Positions 29,590 through 40,609 of a DNA stretch of 64,000 nt are shown in pieces. The first letter of the stretch is position 1. The number at the start of each line of letters is the position of its first letter. The position numbers and the translations under genes are program-made. The stretch comes from a bacterium (GTDB lineage: Bacteria > Hinthialibacterota > Hinthialibacteria > Hinthialibacterales > Hinthialibacteraceae). The DNA lies in assembly GCA_963662285.2 (NCBI GenBank), contig CAXXMV010000008.1:1376001-1440000 (forward strand), read 5' to 3'. Below the pieces are notes generated by a model. That model searched no databases, was not told where the DNA came from, and worked only from the letters and a program-made list of their open reading frames with translations.

Positions 29590-31389
29590 TCATTTCACAT
29601 AAAACACAAACATAGTATCAGCGATGACGTCATCGGGTTGACGATTGGAAAATGAGATTAATTCGGGCATGAAGTATGAAGCTATGTACTGCCTTAACAT
29701 GGTTACGCTGATGACATAGGTTCCCGGTTGCAAGGTTTTTTGTTGTTTATATTTCCGGTGGGGCACTCCATAAGCTTCCGGCAGCGTCTTGGGACCGAAA
29801 TATAGTAGATAGGCGTCATTGATATTATGCTCCGCCAGATAATCCTTCAGCTCCAATAAATCCTGCCCCCAATCGAGGTTAGAATCTACTGCGTAATAAT
29901 GTCCGTTCGACGGGCCGCCGATCAATGAGTTATAGTAGGTTAAATAATTGGGATGCACCGCCAGAACATCAACAAACAGCCATACTGCAAGACCGCATGA
30001 CAATGCAATGCCAATCAGTGTATTGTTATCCAAGCGCCTATTATCTTTACGTAGACTACTAGGCAAGAGCGTCTTAAACGCGGCGCCGCCCATAACCACC
30101 AGCAGAAATGGAACCACTGGCAGCGCATGACGGTAGCCGATATAAGCCCGGTTGCATCCTATCAGTATAGCGGCGTAGACCACTGGTATTATTAATCCCA
30201 GGATTAACGCCCGCCGGCCGGGACGCGCCAGACGCAACGCCAGCGCGATAATTCCTATAAACAGAATTATCAAAAGCGGCAGGGGAGTCTTGGTTAGAAA
30301 GAGAAAGGGATAATACATATCCTTTTTTCTATAGGATGTTTCTCCCAGAAAGAAGGCGGGTGAACCGCGTTGCGCGTTAAGGCGGTTGGCGCAGAAGCCT
30401 TCCCAATGGCTGTAGGCGGGGAGCCATCCTGAAATCAAGCGCCAGTAGGGATCATCCGTGTTGGTTTGATCAAAGGGATAACGCTCTTCGAGACCGAGAA
30501 TATAGGTCGCCGTCTGTATGGGTAGTTGGGTTTGCATCCACAGAAGACTGCGCTTCGGCTCGCGCTTGCCTTCAATGCTATCGCCCACCTCAAAACCATA
30601 TACCGCCCATATCACCAATAACCCGACAAATAGAATAATCGCTGAGAGCATAGCGGAAAGCCAAAGCGAACGCCGCAAACCCGACTTTTTCTTCAATCCG
30701 GGAATCCACCGGAAACCAAGCGGTTGTGAATGGCGTTGAAATAGCAGGCTGAATCCAAAGAACAATGCAATAATCATAACCGGCCCGGAATGTTTGGAAG
30801 ACCAGGTTAATCCAAAAGCAACCCCAACCGCAATCAACCTCTGCCAGCTAGGCTTTTTGACAAAACGCCAAGCCAAGTAGCCGCTCAATAAGAAGAATAA
30901 CGTCGGCGCCGCGTCAGCGGTAGTCAAACGCCCATGAGCTATAAAGTTCGGCTCAAACACGGCTAAAGTCAAAACGCCTAAAGCTGGCCAATAACCCCAG
31001 ATATCCCGGCTCCAGATAAAAATCAACAGACACAATAATATTGATAACGCCATCGATCCATATCGGCCAAGAGTCAAATTTTTATGGAAGGTTGCAGGAT
31101 TAGCCTCGACAAAACGGTCGCCCAGTCCATTCCAGACGCCCTCTTTCCAGCATGAATGATCGTAGGTCAGTTTGTAATCGCCGAAGAGATAAACCGGAAG
31201 GGCGCAAAGCATGTTCTGCAAGGGAGGCGAAAGACGGTTGCAACGGAAATCATTATGGTTCAGCGCATAAAGCCCGGCGGTCAGATGCCCTAATTCATCA
31301 ACCGTGGCCGTCTTATTACGAATGCTATGAGCCATAATGACCCCATGAAGCAACAAGAGCAGCAGAACGGGAGCAATTTTTCCAGACAT
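29590..31389 (-). CDS. GT-C integral membrane glycosyltransferase (ArnT/GT39/PMT-like)
   Basis: ATVDELGHL loop, PPL, FEPNFIAHGRLTTAD, SKHSG, GYRHALP, DSNLDWGQDL; many TM segments. Start placed at ATG 31389. Confidence 0.88.
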   Translation of the reverse strand: MSGKIAPVLLLLLLHGVIMAHSIRNKTATVDELGHLTAGLYALNHNDFRCNRLSPPLQNMLCALPVYLFGDYKLTYDHSCWKEGVWNGLGDRFVEANPATFHKNLTLGRYGSMALSILLCLLIFIWSRDIWGYWPALGVLTLAVFEPNFIAHGRLTTADAAPTLFFLLSGYLAWRFVKKPSWQRLIAVGVAFGLTWSSKHSGPVMIIALFFGFSLLFQRHSQPLGFRWIPGLKKKSGLRRSLWLSAMLSAIILFVGLLVIWAVYGFEVGDSIEGKREPKRSLLWMQTQLPIQTATYILGLEERYPFDQTNTDDPYWRLISGWLPAYSHWEGFCANRLNAQRGSPAFFLGETSYRKKDMYYPFLFLTKTPLPLLIILFIGIIALALRLARPGRRALILGLIIPVVYAAILIGCNRAYIGYRHALPVVPFLLVVMGGAAFKTLLPSSLRKDNRRLDNNTLIGIALSCGLAVWLFVDVLAVHPNYLTYYNSLIGGPSNGHYYAVDSNLDWGQDLLELKDYLAEHNINDAYLLYFGPKTLPEAYGVPHRKYKQQKTLQPGTYVISVTMLRQYIASYFMPELISFSNRQPDDVIADTMFVFYVK

Positions 31390-31393
31390 GGCC

Positions 31394-33292
31394 TCACACA
31401 GTTTCGCAGGAATTTTTATCGCTTTCATTGCTGAATTGCAGGTGATACAAACGTCCATACAAGTCGCAACGCTCTATTAATTCATCATGCCTTCCGATGT
31501 CAACAATGACGCCGCGCTCCATTACCAGGATGCGGTCGGCTTGCAGGATGGTTGATAAACGGTGCGCGATTACAAACGAAGTGCGCCCCTGCATCAGTTC
31601 ATTGAGCGAGCGCTTGATATGCAATTCCGATTCGCTATCCAGAGACGAGGTTGCTTCATCAAGTATCAGAATCGGCGCGTCGCGCAAAAAGGCGCGCGCA
31701 ATGGCGATGCGTTGACACTGCCCGCCGGAAAGCGACTCGCCCCGTTCGCCGATAATCGCATCGTAACCATAAGGCAATTTAGCGATAAATTCATCAGCAT
31801 AGGCCGCACGGGCCGCATTCACTACCTGCTCATCAGTGTATGATTCATCGCCGCAAGTGATATTCAAGCGCACTGTATCGCCCAGGATCATAACATCCTG
31901 ATAGACCATACCGATCTTACGCCGTAGGTCTTCCAGTTTTAGTTCGCTAAGGTTAATGCCATCAATAGAAATACTGCCGGATACGGGATCATAAAAACGC
32001 GGGATCAAATTAACCAAAGTGCTCTTCCCCGCCCCGCTGGGACCAACCAAAGCAATCTGCTGGCCCTTTTTGGCGGTGAAGGAAATATTCTTTAATACAT
32101 CCTCTTCACCATCATAAGAGAAACTTACATTATCAAAACGGATTTCATTATCAAATGAATTCAATGTCTTGGCGTCTTCTATTTGCGGAAGAGATGCATC
32201 GGTATTAAGCGCATCAAAGATGCGCTCCGCCGCCGCGATGCCGTGTTGGATCTGTTGGATAGCACGCTCAATGCGTTTGATGGGTTGATACAAAAGAACC
32301 AGTGCGGCGACGTAAGTCACAAAATCGCCGCCGTTGATGGCGATGTCGCCTTCCCCGGATTTAAACATAATCAGCGCCGCCAGAATCACTACGCTGCATA
32401 CCGCGAATATACCCAGGAACTCATTGATGGGAGACGAGGCGCCCATGGCCCGCGCCATCGACATGCTGGCGTCGAATACGCCCCGCGTCTCGTGCTCGAT
32501 GATTTTGCGCTGCCGGGGGTACATGCTATAACCCTGGATCAGACGGATGGCGCTGAAATGCTCTTGCAGAAAGGCCCCCAGACGCGCCGTAATATCCTGC
32601 GCCTTGCGCCCGGCCTTGCGGTTCTTACGCGCAAAAAAGCGTATAGTTATAAAGATAAACGGGAATATCAAAGCATATAATAAGGTGAGTTGCCACTGCA
32701 TCCACACCAGAAAAACCAGCGTGCCCAGCAGCATAACCGGATCAAGCATTAACCTTCCGAAAACATAAAAAACCGTCATCCCGACAACGCGCGTATCAGC
32801 GGTGAAATAGGATATCAGATAACCCACTTTTTGTTTGGTATAGTAGGCCGCATTGAAGTTCAGCATGTGATCGAATAATTCACGCTGAATATCGAGTATG
32901 ACGCGGTTGCCGATCCACTGCACCATATAGGTATTGATATATTGAAAGATGCCTTTAATAAAAACCGTGAAAAGAATTAACACGCAGATAAAGCAGAGCG
33001 TCAATAATATATTACTCTCCGCCGACTCCGCAATCAGACTGAATAACCAATTTTTTACTGCATAAATATAACCAACCATACCACCCAAACGACCATCGGG
33101 CGGTGGAATCTTACCTTCTTTATCAAAAATAATTTCAAACACCGGCTTAAGGAAGATGGCCAGCATCAGGGTAGATAATGAAATGGCGATGCTACACCCG
33201 ATAACATAAAACAGACGGGTCTTGTACCGCAATCCATAAGCGGCGAATTGGATGAAAATATCATTCTTACTACGTTTGTTTGCTGTGTTCAT
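31394..33292 (-). CDS. ABC exporter, MsbA-like fused permease/ATPase
   Basis: TM domain plus GPSGAGKST, LSGGQCQRIAIARA, ILILDEATSSLD, IAHRLST. Confidence 0.93.
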   Translation of the reverse strand: MNTANKRSKNDIFIQFAAYGLRYKTRLFYVIGCSIAISLSTLMLAIFLKPVFEIIFDKEGKIPPPDGRLGGMVGYIYAVKNWLFSLIAESAESNILLTLCFICVLILFTVFIKGIFQYINTYMVQWIGNRVILDIQRELFDHMLNFNAAYYTKQKVGYLISYFTADTRVVGMTVFYVFGRLMLDPVMLLGTLVFLVWMQWQLTLLYALIFPFIFITIRFFARKNRKAGRKAQDITARLGAFLQEHFSAIRLIQGYSMYPRQRKIIEHETRGVFDASMSMARAMGASSPINEFLGIFAVCSVVILAALIMFKSGEGDIAINGGDFVTYVAALVLLYQPIKRIERAIQQIQHGIAAAERIFDALNTDASLPQIEDAKTLNSFDNEIRFDNVSFSYDGEEDVLKNISFTAKKGQQIALVGPSGAGKSTLVNLIPRFYDPVSGSISIDGINLSELKLEDLRRKIGMVYQDVMILGDTVRLNITCGDESYTDEQVVNAARAAYADEFIAKLPYGYDAIIGERGESLSGGQCQRIAIARAFLRDAPILILDEATSSLDSESELHIKRSLNELMQGRTSFVIAHRLSTILQADRILVMERGVIVDIGRHDELIERCDLYGRLYHLQFSNESDKNSCETV

Positions 33293-33395
33293 GGTTATTA
33301 TTTAGCTGGCAAATTGAAATTAAGACTAGTACTCTAGTACTCTTACCACTAACAAATATTAGTTATATTTACGGATTGAGGATAAGACCAATAAC

Positions 33396-33594
33396 GGGTG
33401 CCAAGGGCAGTGTATTTTCTGCCCTTGATTGAGTTAACCTCATTTATTCCCATAGTTCTTATCAACAATTCACGTTGAATACAGAATCAAATACAATTTA
33501 TTGTACGTGTGGTTGGATTATAAAGAATTTAAGGATTATTTCGTTTTTATAAAGTTTTCAGTCAAGAGCAGAAAGGACGCTGCCCTTGGCACCC
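33396..33594. mobile_element. REPIN-like inverted pair of GGGTGCCAAGGGC repeats
   Basis: GGGTGCCAAGGGCAG..TTCTGCCCTTGA (33396-33428) and TCAAGAGCAGAA..CTGCCCTTGGCACCC (33562-33594) enclose ~130 nt of AT-rich DNA. Confidence 0.7.
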
Positions 33595-33623
33595 TTATAT
33601 CTTTATTCACCACAATGAATTCT

Positions 33624-33657
33624 CGTAGGATGGGATAAAGCGAAAGCGCGTCCCATC
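33624..33657 (+). repeat. GTAG-type REP
   Basis: CGTAGGATGGGATAAAGC..GTCCCATC; 17/18 identical to the reverse complement of 21609-21626. Confidence 0.65.
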
Positions 33658-33732
33658 TTTTCTTCCTGATAGATTCAATATTGGTAATCAAAACCACAAA
33701 TTATCTTACCTGAAATATAGCGCAATGGAAAT

Positions 33733-33762
33733 AGCGCAATGCCGTATAAACGACATTGCGCT
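33733..33762 (-). terminator. Hairpin downstream of rho
   Basis: Minus strand AGCGCAATGTCGT-ttat-ACGGCATTGCGCT followed by ATTT. Confidence 0.55.
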
Positions 33763-33800
33763 TGAGGAATCAAATGGTTAACCAATCATATATTCAGAAA

Positions 33801-35264
33801 TTAGAATGCGGACTTATGAAGGGTTTCGAGGAAATCTTTATTGCTCTTGGTTTTGCGCATACGCTCAATCAAGAGTTCGACCGCCTCACTGACGTTCATC
33901 TCGTTGAGCACTTTACGCAGCAACCAGACGCGTTCCAGATCAGCCGGTTCCAGCAATAGTTCTTCTTTACGGGTCTTGGAACGGTTGATATCAATGGCTG
34001 GATAGATGCGCCGTTCGGCCAATTTACGGTCAAGATGCAGTTCCAGGTTACCGGTACCCTTAAATTCTTCGTAAATAACGTCATCCATCCGGCTGCCGGT
34101 GTCGATCAACGCAGTAGCCACGATAGAGAGGCTGCCGCCTTCTTCGATGTTACGGGCCGCGCCGTAAAAGCGCTTAGGTGGAATAAGGGCGCTGGAATCG
34201 ATACCGCCGGAAAGTATCTTGCCGCTGTGCGGCGCCGTCTGGTTATAAGCCCGCGCCAGACGCGTAATACTATCGAGCAGGATAACTACGTCATGACGGT
34301 ATTCGACCAGACGCTTGGCCTTTTCGATAACCATCTCCGCAACCTGGATATGCCGCTCCGGCGGTTCATCAAAAGTCGAAGATATAACTTCGCCCTTAAC
34401 CGTGCGCTTCATCTCGGTAACTTCTTCAGGCCGCTCGTCAATCAGCATAACGATCAGGGCTACGTCCGGATGATTGGTGGCGATGCTATTGGCGATTTCC
34501 TGCAGCAGCATAGTCTTACCGGAGTTAGGCGGCGCCACGATCAAGGCGCGCTGTCCCAGACCCATGGGCGTGATAAAATCTATAATTCGCGCCGAAAGAT
34601 GCTCCGGAGTAGTTTCTAGTTTGATGCGTTGATTAGGAAAGAGCGGAGTCAGATTGTCATAAAAGATTTTGTCTTTGGCCGCTTCAGGCTCTTCGCCATT
34701 AATTGAAGTAACTTTCAACAAAGCGAAATAGCGCTCGCCCTCTTTAGGAGGACGGATAACGCCAGTCACGGTATCGCCCTTACGTAAACCAAAGCGCCTG
34801 ATTTGAGATGGCGATACATAAATATCGTCCGGTCCGGGAAGGTAGCAATAATCTGCGCTGCGCAAGAATCCAAAGCCTTCAGGCAAGGCTTCCAGTACGC
34901 CGGAGCCTTCCATCTCGCTATTGTCTTCCGGTTCCTCTTTAGCTGAATGTTCGAGGATCTTATAAATCAGTTCCTGCTTACGCAGACCGCTGATTCCTTC
35001 CAAGTTAATCTCATGAGCTAATTTAATCAGTTCAGCGATGGTGTTTTTCTTAAGAACTTCCATCTCTAACTTTGGTTTACGGGTATGCGTAGTACTTCTA
35101 CTCGATGCTGCTCCGTTGGAGTTAGCCGGATTGCCATACATTTTGTTACTGCTTCTGTTGTTGTTGCTGTTTCTATCGCTGCTTCGTCCGTCGGGAGTTC
35201 CGCTTCGCCGGGTATTGGTACTACGCGGCGATCGTGGCCTTTTAAACTGTGTCTTGGTTTCCAT
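33801..35264 (-). CDS. rho: Transcription termination factor Rho
   Basis: [27 protein letters not shown]-loop [37 protein letters not shown]. Confidence 0.99.
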   Translation of the reverse strand: METKTQFKRPRSPRSTNTRRSGTPDGRSSDRNSNNNRSSNKMYGNPANSNGAASSRSTTHTRKPKLEMEVLKKNTIAELIKLAHEINLEGISGLRKQELIYKILEHSAKEEPEDNSEMEGSGVLEALPEGFGFLRSADYCYLPGPDDIYVSPSQIRRFGLRKGDTVTGVIRPPKEGERYFALLKVTSINGEEPEAAKDKIFYDNLTPLFPNQRIKLETTPEHLSARIIDFITPMGLGQRALIVAPPNSGKTMLLQEIANSIATNHPDVALIVMLIDERPEEVTEMKRTVKGEVISSTFDEPPERHIQVAEMVIEKAKRLVEYRHDVVILLDSITRLARAYNQTAPHSGKILSGGIDSSALIPPKRFYGAARNIEEGGSLSIVATALIDTGSRMDDVIYEEFKGTGNLELHLDRKLAERRIYPAIDINRSKTRKEELLLEPADLERVWLLRKVLNEMNVSEAVELLIERMRKTKSNKDFLETLHKSAF

Positions 35265-35280
35265 GATCCTCTTTAATCCT

Positions 35281-35928
35281 TTAACTTTTCATAAACTCTT
35301 CGATTTTGCATCGAAGGTCATTCAAATCTGTTTGGTTATTTATAACGGCGTCCGCCAGCCGTTTCTTTTCTGCTTCAGTCATCTGCGCCGCCTGACGGCG
35401 GTCAAAATCACCAGAGGCCGCATTTCGCGCCTCCTCAAATCTTTTACGGCGTACATCTTCTGGAGCGGCAATCACCAGCACGGCGTCAAACCGGTTGGAA
35501 ACATTCCATTCAAAAATCAGCGCCGCATCCACTACCAGCGGCCCCGGTTCATCCGAAGCGCGGAACTGCTGGATTTCATGCTCAATCTGCTGCAACAAAG
35601 CGGGATGAACAATATCATTAAGACGTTGTAGACATTCAGGCGCTTGAAAGACTATGGCGCCCAATTTTTTCCGCTCTATTTCCCCTTCAGCATTCAAAAT
35701 CGATGAGCCAAACTCGCTGATTAAATTATCAAATACAGGGGAATTACGCTTTAACAATCCATGTCCAATGCAATCGGCATCCACGATGCGGGCGCCGCAA
35801 TCTTGCATAATCCGGGCGACCGCCGATTTCCCGGCGCCGGGATTGCCGGTTAATCCGATAACTTTACGCTGCGGCGCAATATCCCGCGAACCGATGGCGC
35901 TTAATGTAATAATATCATCTTGGCTCAT
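35281..35928 (-). CDS. coaE: Dephospho-CoA kinase
   Basis: [32 protein letters not shown]; follows polA. Confidence 0.95.
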   Translation of the reverse strand: MSQDDIITLSAIGSRDIAPQRKVIGLTGNPGAGKSAVARIMQDCGARIVDADCIGHGLLKRNSPVFDNLISEFGSSILNAEGEIERKKLGAIVFQAPECLQRLNDIVHPALLQQIEHEIQQFRASDEPGPLVVDAALIFEWNVSNRFDAVLVIAAPEDVRRKRFEEARNAASGDFDRRQAAQMTEAEKKRLADAVINNQTDLNDLRCKIEEFMKS

Positions 35929-35931
35929 TTA

Positions 35932-38604
35932 TTATTTCAAATCCGCCCAGTTAGTTCCAATAATGGTTTCCACCGGCGTCGGGACGGAAAATTCCAAAGC
36001 TGTTTCCATTCTTTTACGGCATCGTTGGCAAATCTCTTCGGCGCGGTCTTCCCGTACTTCCAGAACAAGTTCGTCATGCACAGTTAAAAGTATCGATGCG
36101 ATATCAGATTCTTGTTTTAATTCATGGTGCACGTCAATAATCGCCTTCTTCATCAAATCGGCGGCGGAACCTTGGATGGGAGCATTGATAGCGGCGCGGC
36201 GCGCATTGTCTTGAATCATGCGGTTGCTATCCCGTATGCCTGGAGTTGGAATTCGCCGACCATGAACCGTCTTAACATATAGATGCTCCTGAGCGAAGAC
36301 AGTAGTATTATCCATATAGGTCTGAACCAGCGGGTAACGTAAAAAATATGTTTCAATATATGAAGTTGCTTCTTTATTATCTATATCCAACCGCTTGGCC
36401 AAACCATAGGGAGACATCCCATAGTTCAAACCGAAATTAATCTCCTTGGCTTTTCTCCGCATATCGGCAGTTACCTGATCTATCGGCACGCCGAATATTT
36501 CCGCCCCGGTACGGGAATGAATATCTTCACCTTGGGTAAAGGCGCTTAATAATCCCGGATCTTTTGTAATATGAGCCAGGATGCGTAATTCAACCTGTGA
36601 ATAATCCAGCGATATCAAAACGCAGCCTTCTGCGGCAACAAACGCACGACGAACCCGCCTTCCGAGTTCGGAGCGAATAGGAATATTTTGCAGATTGGGA
36701 TCGCTGCTAGAAATTCTCCCTGTATTAACAACCGCTTGATTGTATGTCGTGTGTACGCGTCCCGTATCCTTACGGATCAGTTTTTGCAGCGCATCAAGGT
36801 ATGTAGATTTGATTTTTTGCCGATGCCGGTAATCCAGTATCTGGCGGGCAACCTCAACTCCATCCGCCGCCAGCTTTTCCAGGATATCAGCGCGAGTGGA
36901 TCTCTTGCGCCCACTCAAAAGCTTAAGATCATCATACAGGATTTGCGCCAATTGCGAAGGGGAGTTGATATTAAATTCACGTCCGGTTGACTTGAAGATA
37001 TCACCGACCAAAACAGCCATTTCAGATTCCATCTGATCCGATTGCTCTTTCAATACGGACGGATCAACCAGGATGCCCTTCCTTTCAATAGCGGCTAATA
37101 TGGAAATCAATGGAATTTCAATCTCGTTATATAGAAAATCCATCTGGTATTCTTTTATCGCCAAACTTAGAATATTCTTAAGTTGCAACGCTGCGTCGCT
37201 ATCTTCACATGCATAGGGAGAAACAATGTCAATATCGATATCAGCCATGCATTTTTGATCGCGCCCGGTTCCGATCAATTCAGTTATGGGGGTCATCGCC
37301 ATACCCAATTCATCTCTCGCCAGATCGTCAAGTTTTCTGCCGCCTCTATATGGTTGTGCAATATAAGACGCAATCAAAGAATCGTCTCGTATACCGCGAA
37401 GATCGAAACCTTCGTTAATCAGAATATGCAGATCGTATTTCAGGTTATGCCCCGTCTTGCCGATCTCATCGGATTCAATAATTTTCCGCAGCAGCGCATA
37501 GGCCTCTTCGCGGGGCAGGTTGCCTGTTTGATTATGGCCAACCGGTATATACCAGGCCTGATGATCTTCAACGCTGATCGACATCCCCACCATCCGGGCG
37601 TCTAATATATTAAGGGACGTTGTTTCAGTATCTATAGCGCAACTGCCTTTTTGCATTACGCAATCAACTACTTGTTCTAATTGTTTTAGCGTAGAGACCG
37701 TCACATAATTGGCCTCTACTTTTTTCACCTCTTTTATTACGCCATCGTCCAGCTTTAATTCATTGGCGAATCCCTTAAAATCCAACTCTTCATAAATCGC
37801 CAGTAAATCATTTTTATCGACTGGCTTCATACGGGTGAAACCTACGGAAATATCAATCGGCGCATCGGTCGCCAAAAGGACCAGGTCGCGTGATTGAAAA
37901 GCGGCTTCTTTATTATTACTAATATTTTCCTGCCGCTTCTTGCCTTTGATTTCATCTACATGTTCATAAATAGCTTCCAATGTTCCGTATTGCTGAATCA
38001 AGGCAATAGCGGTTTTTTCTCCCACGCCGGGAACTCCGGGGATATTGTCGCTGGCGTCTCCCATCAGAGCGAACACATCAGCAATCTGCTCTGGCGCTAC
38101 GCCGTATCGTTCTTTTACTTCTTCGACGCCATAAACTTTAGTTTTTCCCATAGGCGCCAGGCGGAGGATGCGAACTGATGAACTCACCAGTTGGAACAGG
38201 TCTTTGTCGCTGGAAACGATCATTACATCATTTCCCTGCTCCGCTAGATGCATCGCCATAGTTCCGATAAGGTCGTCGGCTTCATACCCAGGCAGTTCAA
38301 CCTGTGAGATGCCCAGTTTTTCTGTAACTTTTTTTATATAAGGTATTTGCGCAATTAACTCATCCGGTGGTTTTAATCGGTTGGCTTTATAATCCTTAAA
38401 GACCTTATGCCTGAACGTCGGTTGAGGAAGATCAAAAGCCACTATCATATCGGTGGGCTTATAATCCTTCATAACAGTCCGTAAAGTATTGATATAACCG
38501 AACACAGCATTAGTAGCCATGCCATCCGAACGACGCATATCCCGTATCGCATGAAAGGCGCGAAAAAAAATTGAACTTCCGTCGATTAGTAGAATTTCAC
38601 TCAT
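35932..38604 (-). CDS. polA: DNA polymerase I
   Basis: LIDGSS..FRAFHA, EADD, GDASDNIPGV, DTETT exonuclease, TGRISSSDPNLQNIP, DYSQVELR, NAPIQGSAAD, VHDEL. Confidence 0.99.
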   Translation of the reverse strand: MSEILLIDGSSIFFRAFHAIRDMRRSDGMATNAVFGYINTLRTVMKDYKPTDMIVAFDLPQPTFRHKVFKDYKANRLKPPDELIAQIPYIKKVTEKLGISQVELPGYEADDLIGTMAMHLAEQGNDVMIVSSDKDLFQLVSSSVRILRLAPMGKTKVYGVEEVKERYGVAPEQIADVFALMGDASDNIPGVPGVGEKTAIALIQQYGTLEAIYEHVDEIKGKKRQENISNNKEAAFQSRDLVLLATDAPIDISVGFTRMKPVDKNDLLAIYEELDFKGFANELKLDDGVIKEVKKVEANYVTVSTLKQLEQVVDCVMQKGSCAIDTETTSLNILDARMVGMSISVEDHQAWYIPVGHNQTGNLPREEAYALLRKIIESDEIGKTGHNLKYDLHILINEGFDLRGIRDDSLIASYIAQPYRGGRKLDDLARDELGMAMTPITELIGTGRDQKCMADIDIDIVSPYACEDSDAALQLKNILSLAIKEYQMDFLYNEIEIPLISILAAIERKGILVDPSVLKEQSDQMESEMAVLVGDIFKSTGREFNINSPSQLAQILYDDLKLLSGRKRSTRADILEKLAADGVEVARQILDYRHRQKIKSTYLDALQKLIRKDTGRVHTTYNQAVVNTGRISSSDPNLQNIPIRSELGRRVRRAFVAAEGCVLISLDYSQVELRILAHITKDPGLLSAFTQGEDIHSRTGAEIFGVPIDQVTADMRRKAKEINFGLNYGMSPYGLAKRLDIDNKEATSYIETYFLRYPLVQTYMDNTTVFAQEHLYVKTVHGRRIPTPGIRDSNRMIQDNARRAAINAPIQGSAADLMKKAIIDVHHELKQESDIASILLTVHDELVLEVREDRAEEICQRCRKRMETALEFSVPTPVETIIGTNWADLK

Positions 38605-38946
38605 GCTTTGTATTTCTAGGTGGAAAATGATTCAAGTTAGTTAATGTTAGAGTGATTTGCAATATTTGAATTTGGATTAAAGTAATCCATAAAAAAGTTG
38701 TTCAGAATCGATTACATCAGAATCGTATCAAAACAAATTAATTTCATCAAATTAATCAACTACCCATTCACAGCAAAGTCCATTCTTCAGTTTTGACTTA
38801 TGAAACCGGGAAATGGAACAAAAAATAATAATTACATGAAACAATACTCAAAAATATGTTCGTTTATTTGAACGCCTGTTTTTGTAAAATCCAATCATTC
38901 AATCTTGGCGTGAGATTGAATAATATAGATATTATGAAAACCAGCC

Positions 38947-39054
38947 TAGAGATATTTTAGAACTAAAGTGCATCAAAGCAGTCGTTCAAAGCCCACAACA
39001 GACGAGACGCGAAGCAAGCCTACGGATAGGCATATACGTTTGATTATCGCTATA
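38947..39054 (-). mobile_element. ~110-bp MITE-like element
   Basis: Reverse complement TATAGCGATAATCAAACGTATATGC...GGGCTTTGAACGACTGCTTTGATGCAC...CTCTA aligns with 61377-61490. Confidence 0.7.
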
Positions 39055-39603
39055 TAGCGCACGCCAAGTAAATCTTTTGATGAAAAAGTACAACCCTAAC
39101 AGTAGAAAAACATCAAATGATTGTCATGAAATAACTTGGGGATTATCCTCAATTAGGCGTGCCGGAAGCAAATCGTTAAGATCAACTGATATTAATTATA
39201 TTCATTTCTTATTAAGAAACAAGGATTTTCTTGTAATTAATCATTTTTTTTTGAATATATTTTAAACTCATTTTACCGATTTATTAAACAAGGCGCAATC
39301 AACCCAATAATCCGAACCTAAAGACGCCTCTCCATTCAGCTGAACTGTAAAACATAGCAGTAGTTATTGTATACTGTTTAAAAAGAGTTGCGATATTTGA
39401 GATTAAGGTTATCAGAAAGATAAAATTTTGTCATAATTAGAGAGATTATCAAAAAAGTATATTCGATGCCAAATAAAATATTTTTTCCCGAAGCGACCAT
39501 TCGTGTTTCAGGAGCGCTATTCAAGAAAGTGATAATGCATATTGCGGTTAAATACTGAAACTCATAAAATCTCTTTATAATTGGAGAGAATGGTGCCACA
39601 TAA

Positions 39604-40587
39604 ATGAATGAATCATTATTTAGTTCTCTATCTAAAGAAGCAGTAAGCATCAAGAAAAGCACGGTGGTGATGCGCGAAGGAGAAGTCGGTCAATGCGCAT
39701 ATTTCGTAGTGCAGGGGCGTTTATTGGTCGAAAAGGAAATTGATGGAGAAAGCGTCCCCATAGCGGAAATCGGCCCACGGGATATGGTGGGTGAAATGGC
39801 GATTCTTGATGACGCTCCCCGTTCCGCATCGGTTATCGCAATGGAAGACAGCATCTTAATCGTACTCAACAAACATCGCATCCGTTCATTGATTCGACGT
39901 TCACCGGCTGTGGCCGAGGTCATCATGAAACTGCTGTGTCATAAACTGCGCAGTAGACATTTCTCTCTAAGTCAATCCCACCAACTCAATGATCCCGACA
40001 TTTGGCGTAAAACAACCACCATTCTCCTGCTGTGCGCCAAGGGAGACGACAATCCCGCGTCATTATATTTACAGTTCATTCAGAACCTGGAATACCTATT
40101 GGAATTACCTCCGGTTGTAATAAAAGATATCCTGACGCGACTTGAAGAGGCGGGCATAATTGAGACGCAAAAACAGAAAACTCTATGCATCAATGAAGAG
40201 AAATTAAAGATTTTTCAGGTTTTAAGCACTGAAGAGTACGCCAATATCCCTTTAAGGTCATTTACTTCAGCTAAGGAATATCATACGGCTCAGATACTAC
40301 TGCAAGTCTTTCCCAATGACTCAGGAGGAGAAGAATTAATCGAAATAGATAAAAAAGACCTAGTACAGGCGCTGGCTGGTTCCCCTTTATGGAAAGAATT
40401 GAGACCGCACTATCAGGAGCAACGTTCCCGCGCCATTTTAGACCATCTTGTTGCGCGGAAAATTATCTCTCAAAGCCCCGCATCCAAGGAAGTACTGCAA
40501 ATCACGCCGAGCATCCTTCAACAAGTGGAAGTCCCTCAGGAAATTATCATAACTTACGAGTCGCTTAAGAGATTATTGATTAAATAA
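39604..40587 (+). CDS. Cyclic-nucleotide-binding (Crp/Fnr-like) protein
   Basis: REGEVG..AYFVVQG, GEMAILDDAPRSASVIA cNMP pocket; C-terminal winged-helix-like segments. Confidence 0.85.
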   Translation: MNESLFSSLSKEAVSIKKSTVVMREGEVGQCAYFVVQGRLLVEKEIDGESVPIAEIGPRDMVGEMAILDDAPRSASVIAMEDSILIVLNKHRIRSLIRRSPAVAEVIMKLLCHKLRSRHFSLSQSHQLNDPDIWRKTTTILLLCAKGDDNPASLYLQFIQNLEYLLELPPVVIKDILTRLEEAGIIETQKQKTLCINEEKLKIFQVLSTEEYANIPLRSFTSAKEYHTAQILLQVFPNDSGGEELIEIDKKDLVQALAGSPLWKELRPHYQEQRSRAILDHLVARKIISQSPASKEVLQITPSILQQVEVPQEIIITYESLKRLLIK

Positions 40588-40609
40588 GCCCTATCGACTG
40601 CTATTCCGC

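Noticed and set aside
38905-38920. Sigma54-like TTGGCGTGAGATTGAA
   Set aside because: Spacing between GG and the -12 dinucleotide is 9 nt, not 10.
38760-39350. Riboswitch (c-di-GMP/c-di-AMP) candidates
   Set aside because: Only fragments of consensus found; the structured-looking part is explained by the MITE copy.
39077-39662. Short ORFs 39077..39265 and 39378..39662
   Set aside because: AT-rich, no RBS or recognisable motifs; one overlaps the Crp-like gene antisense.
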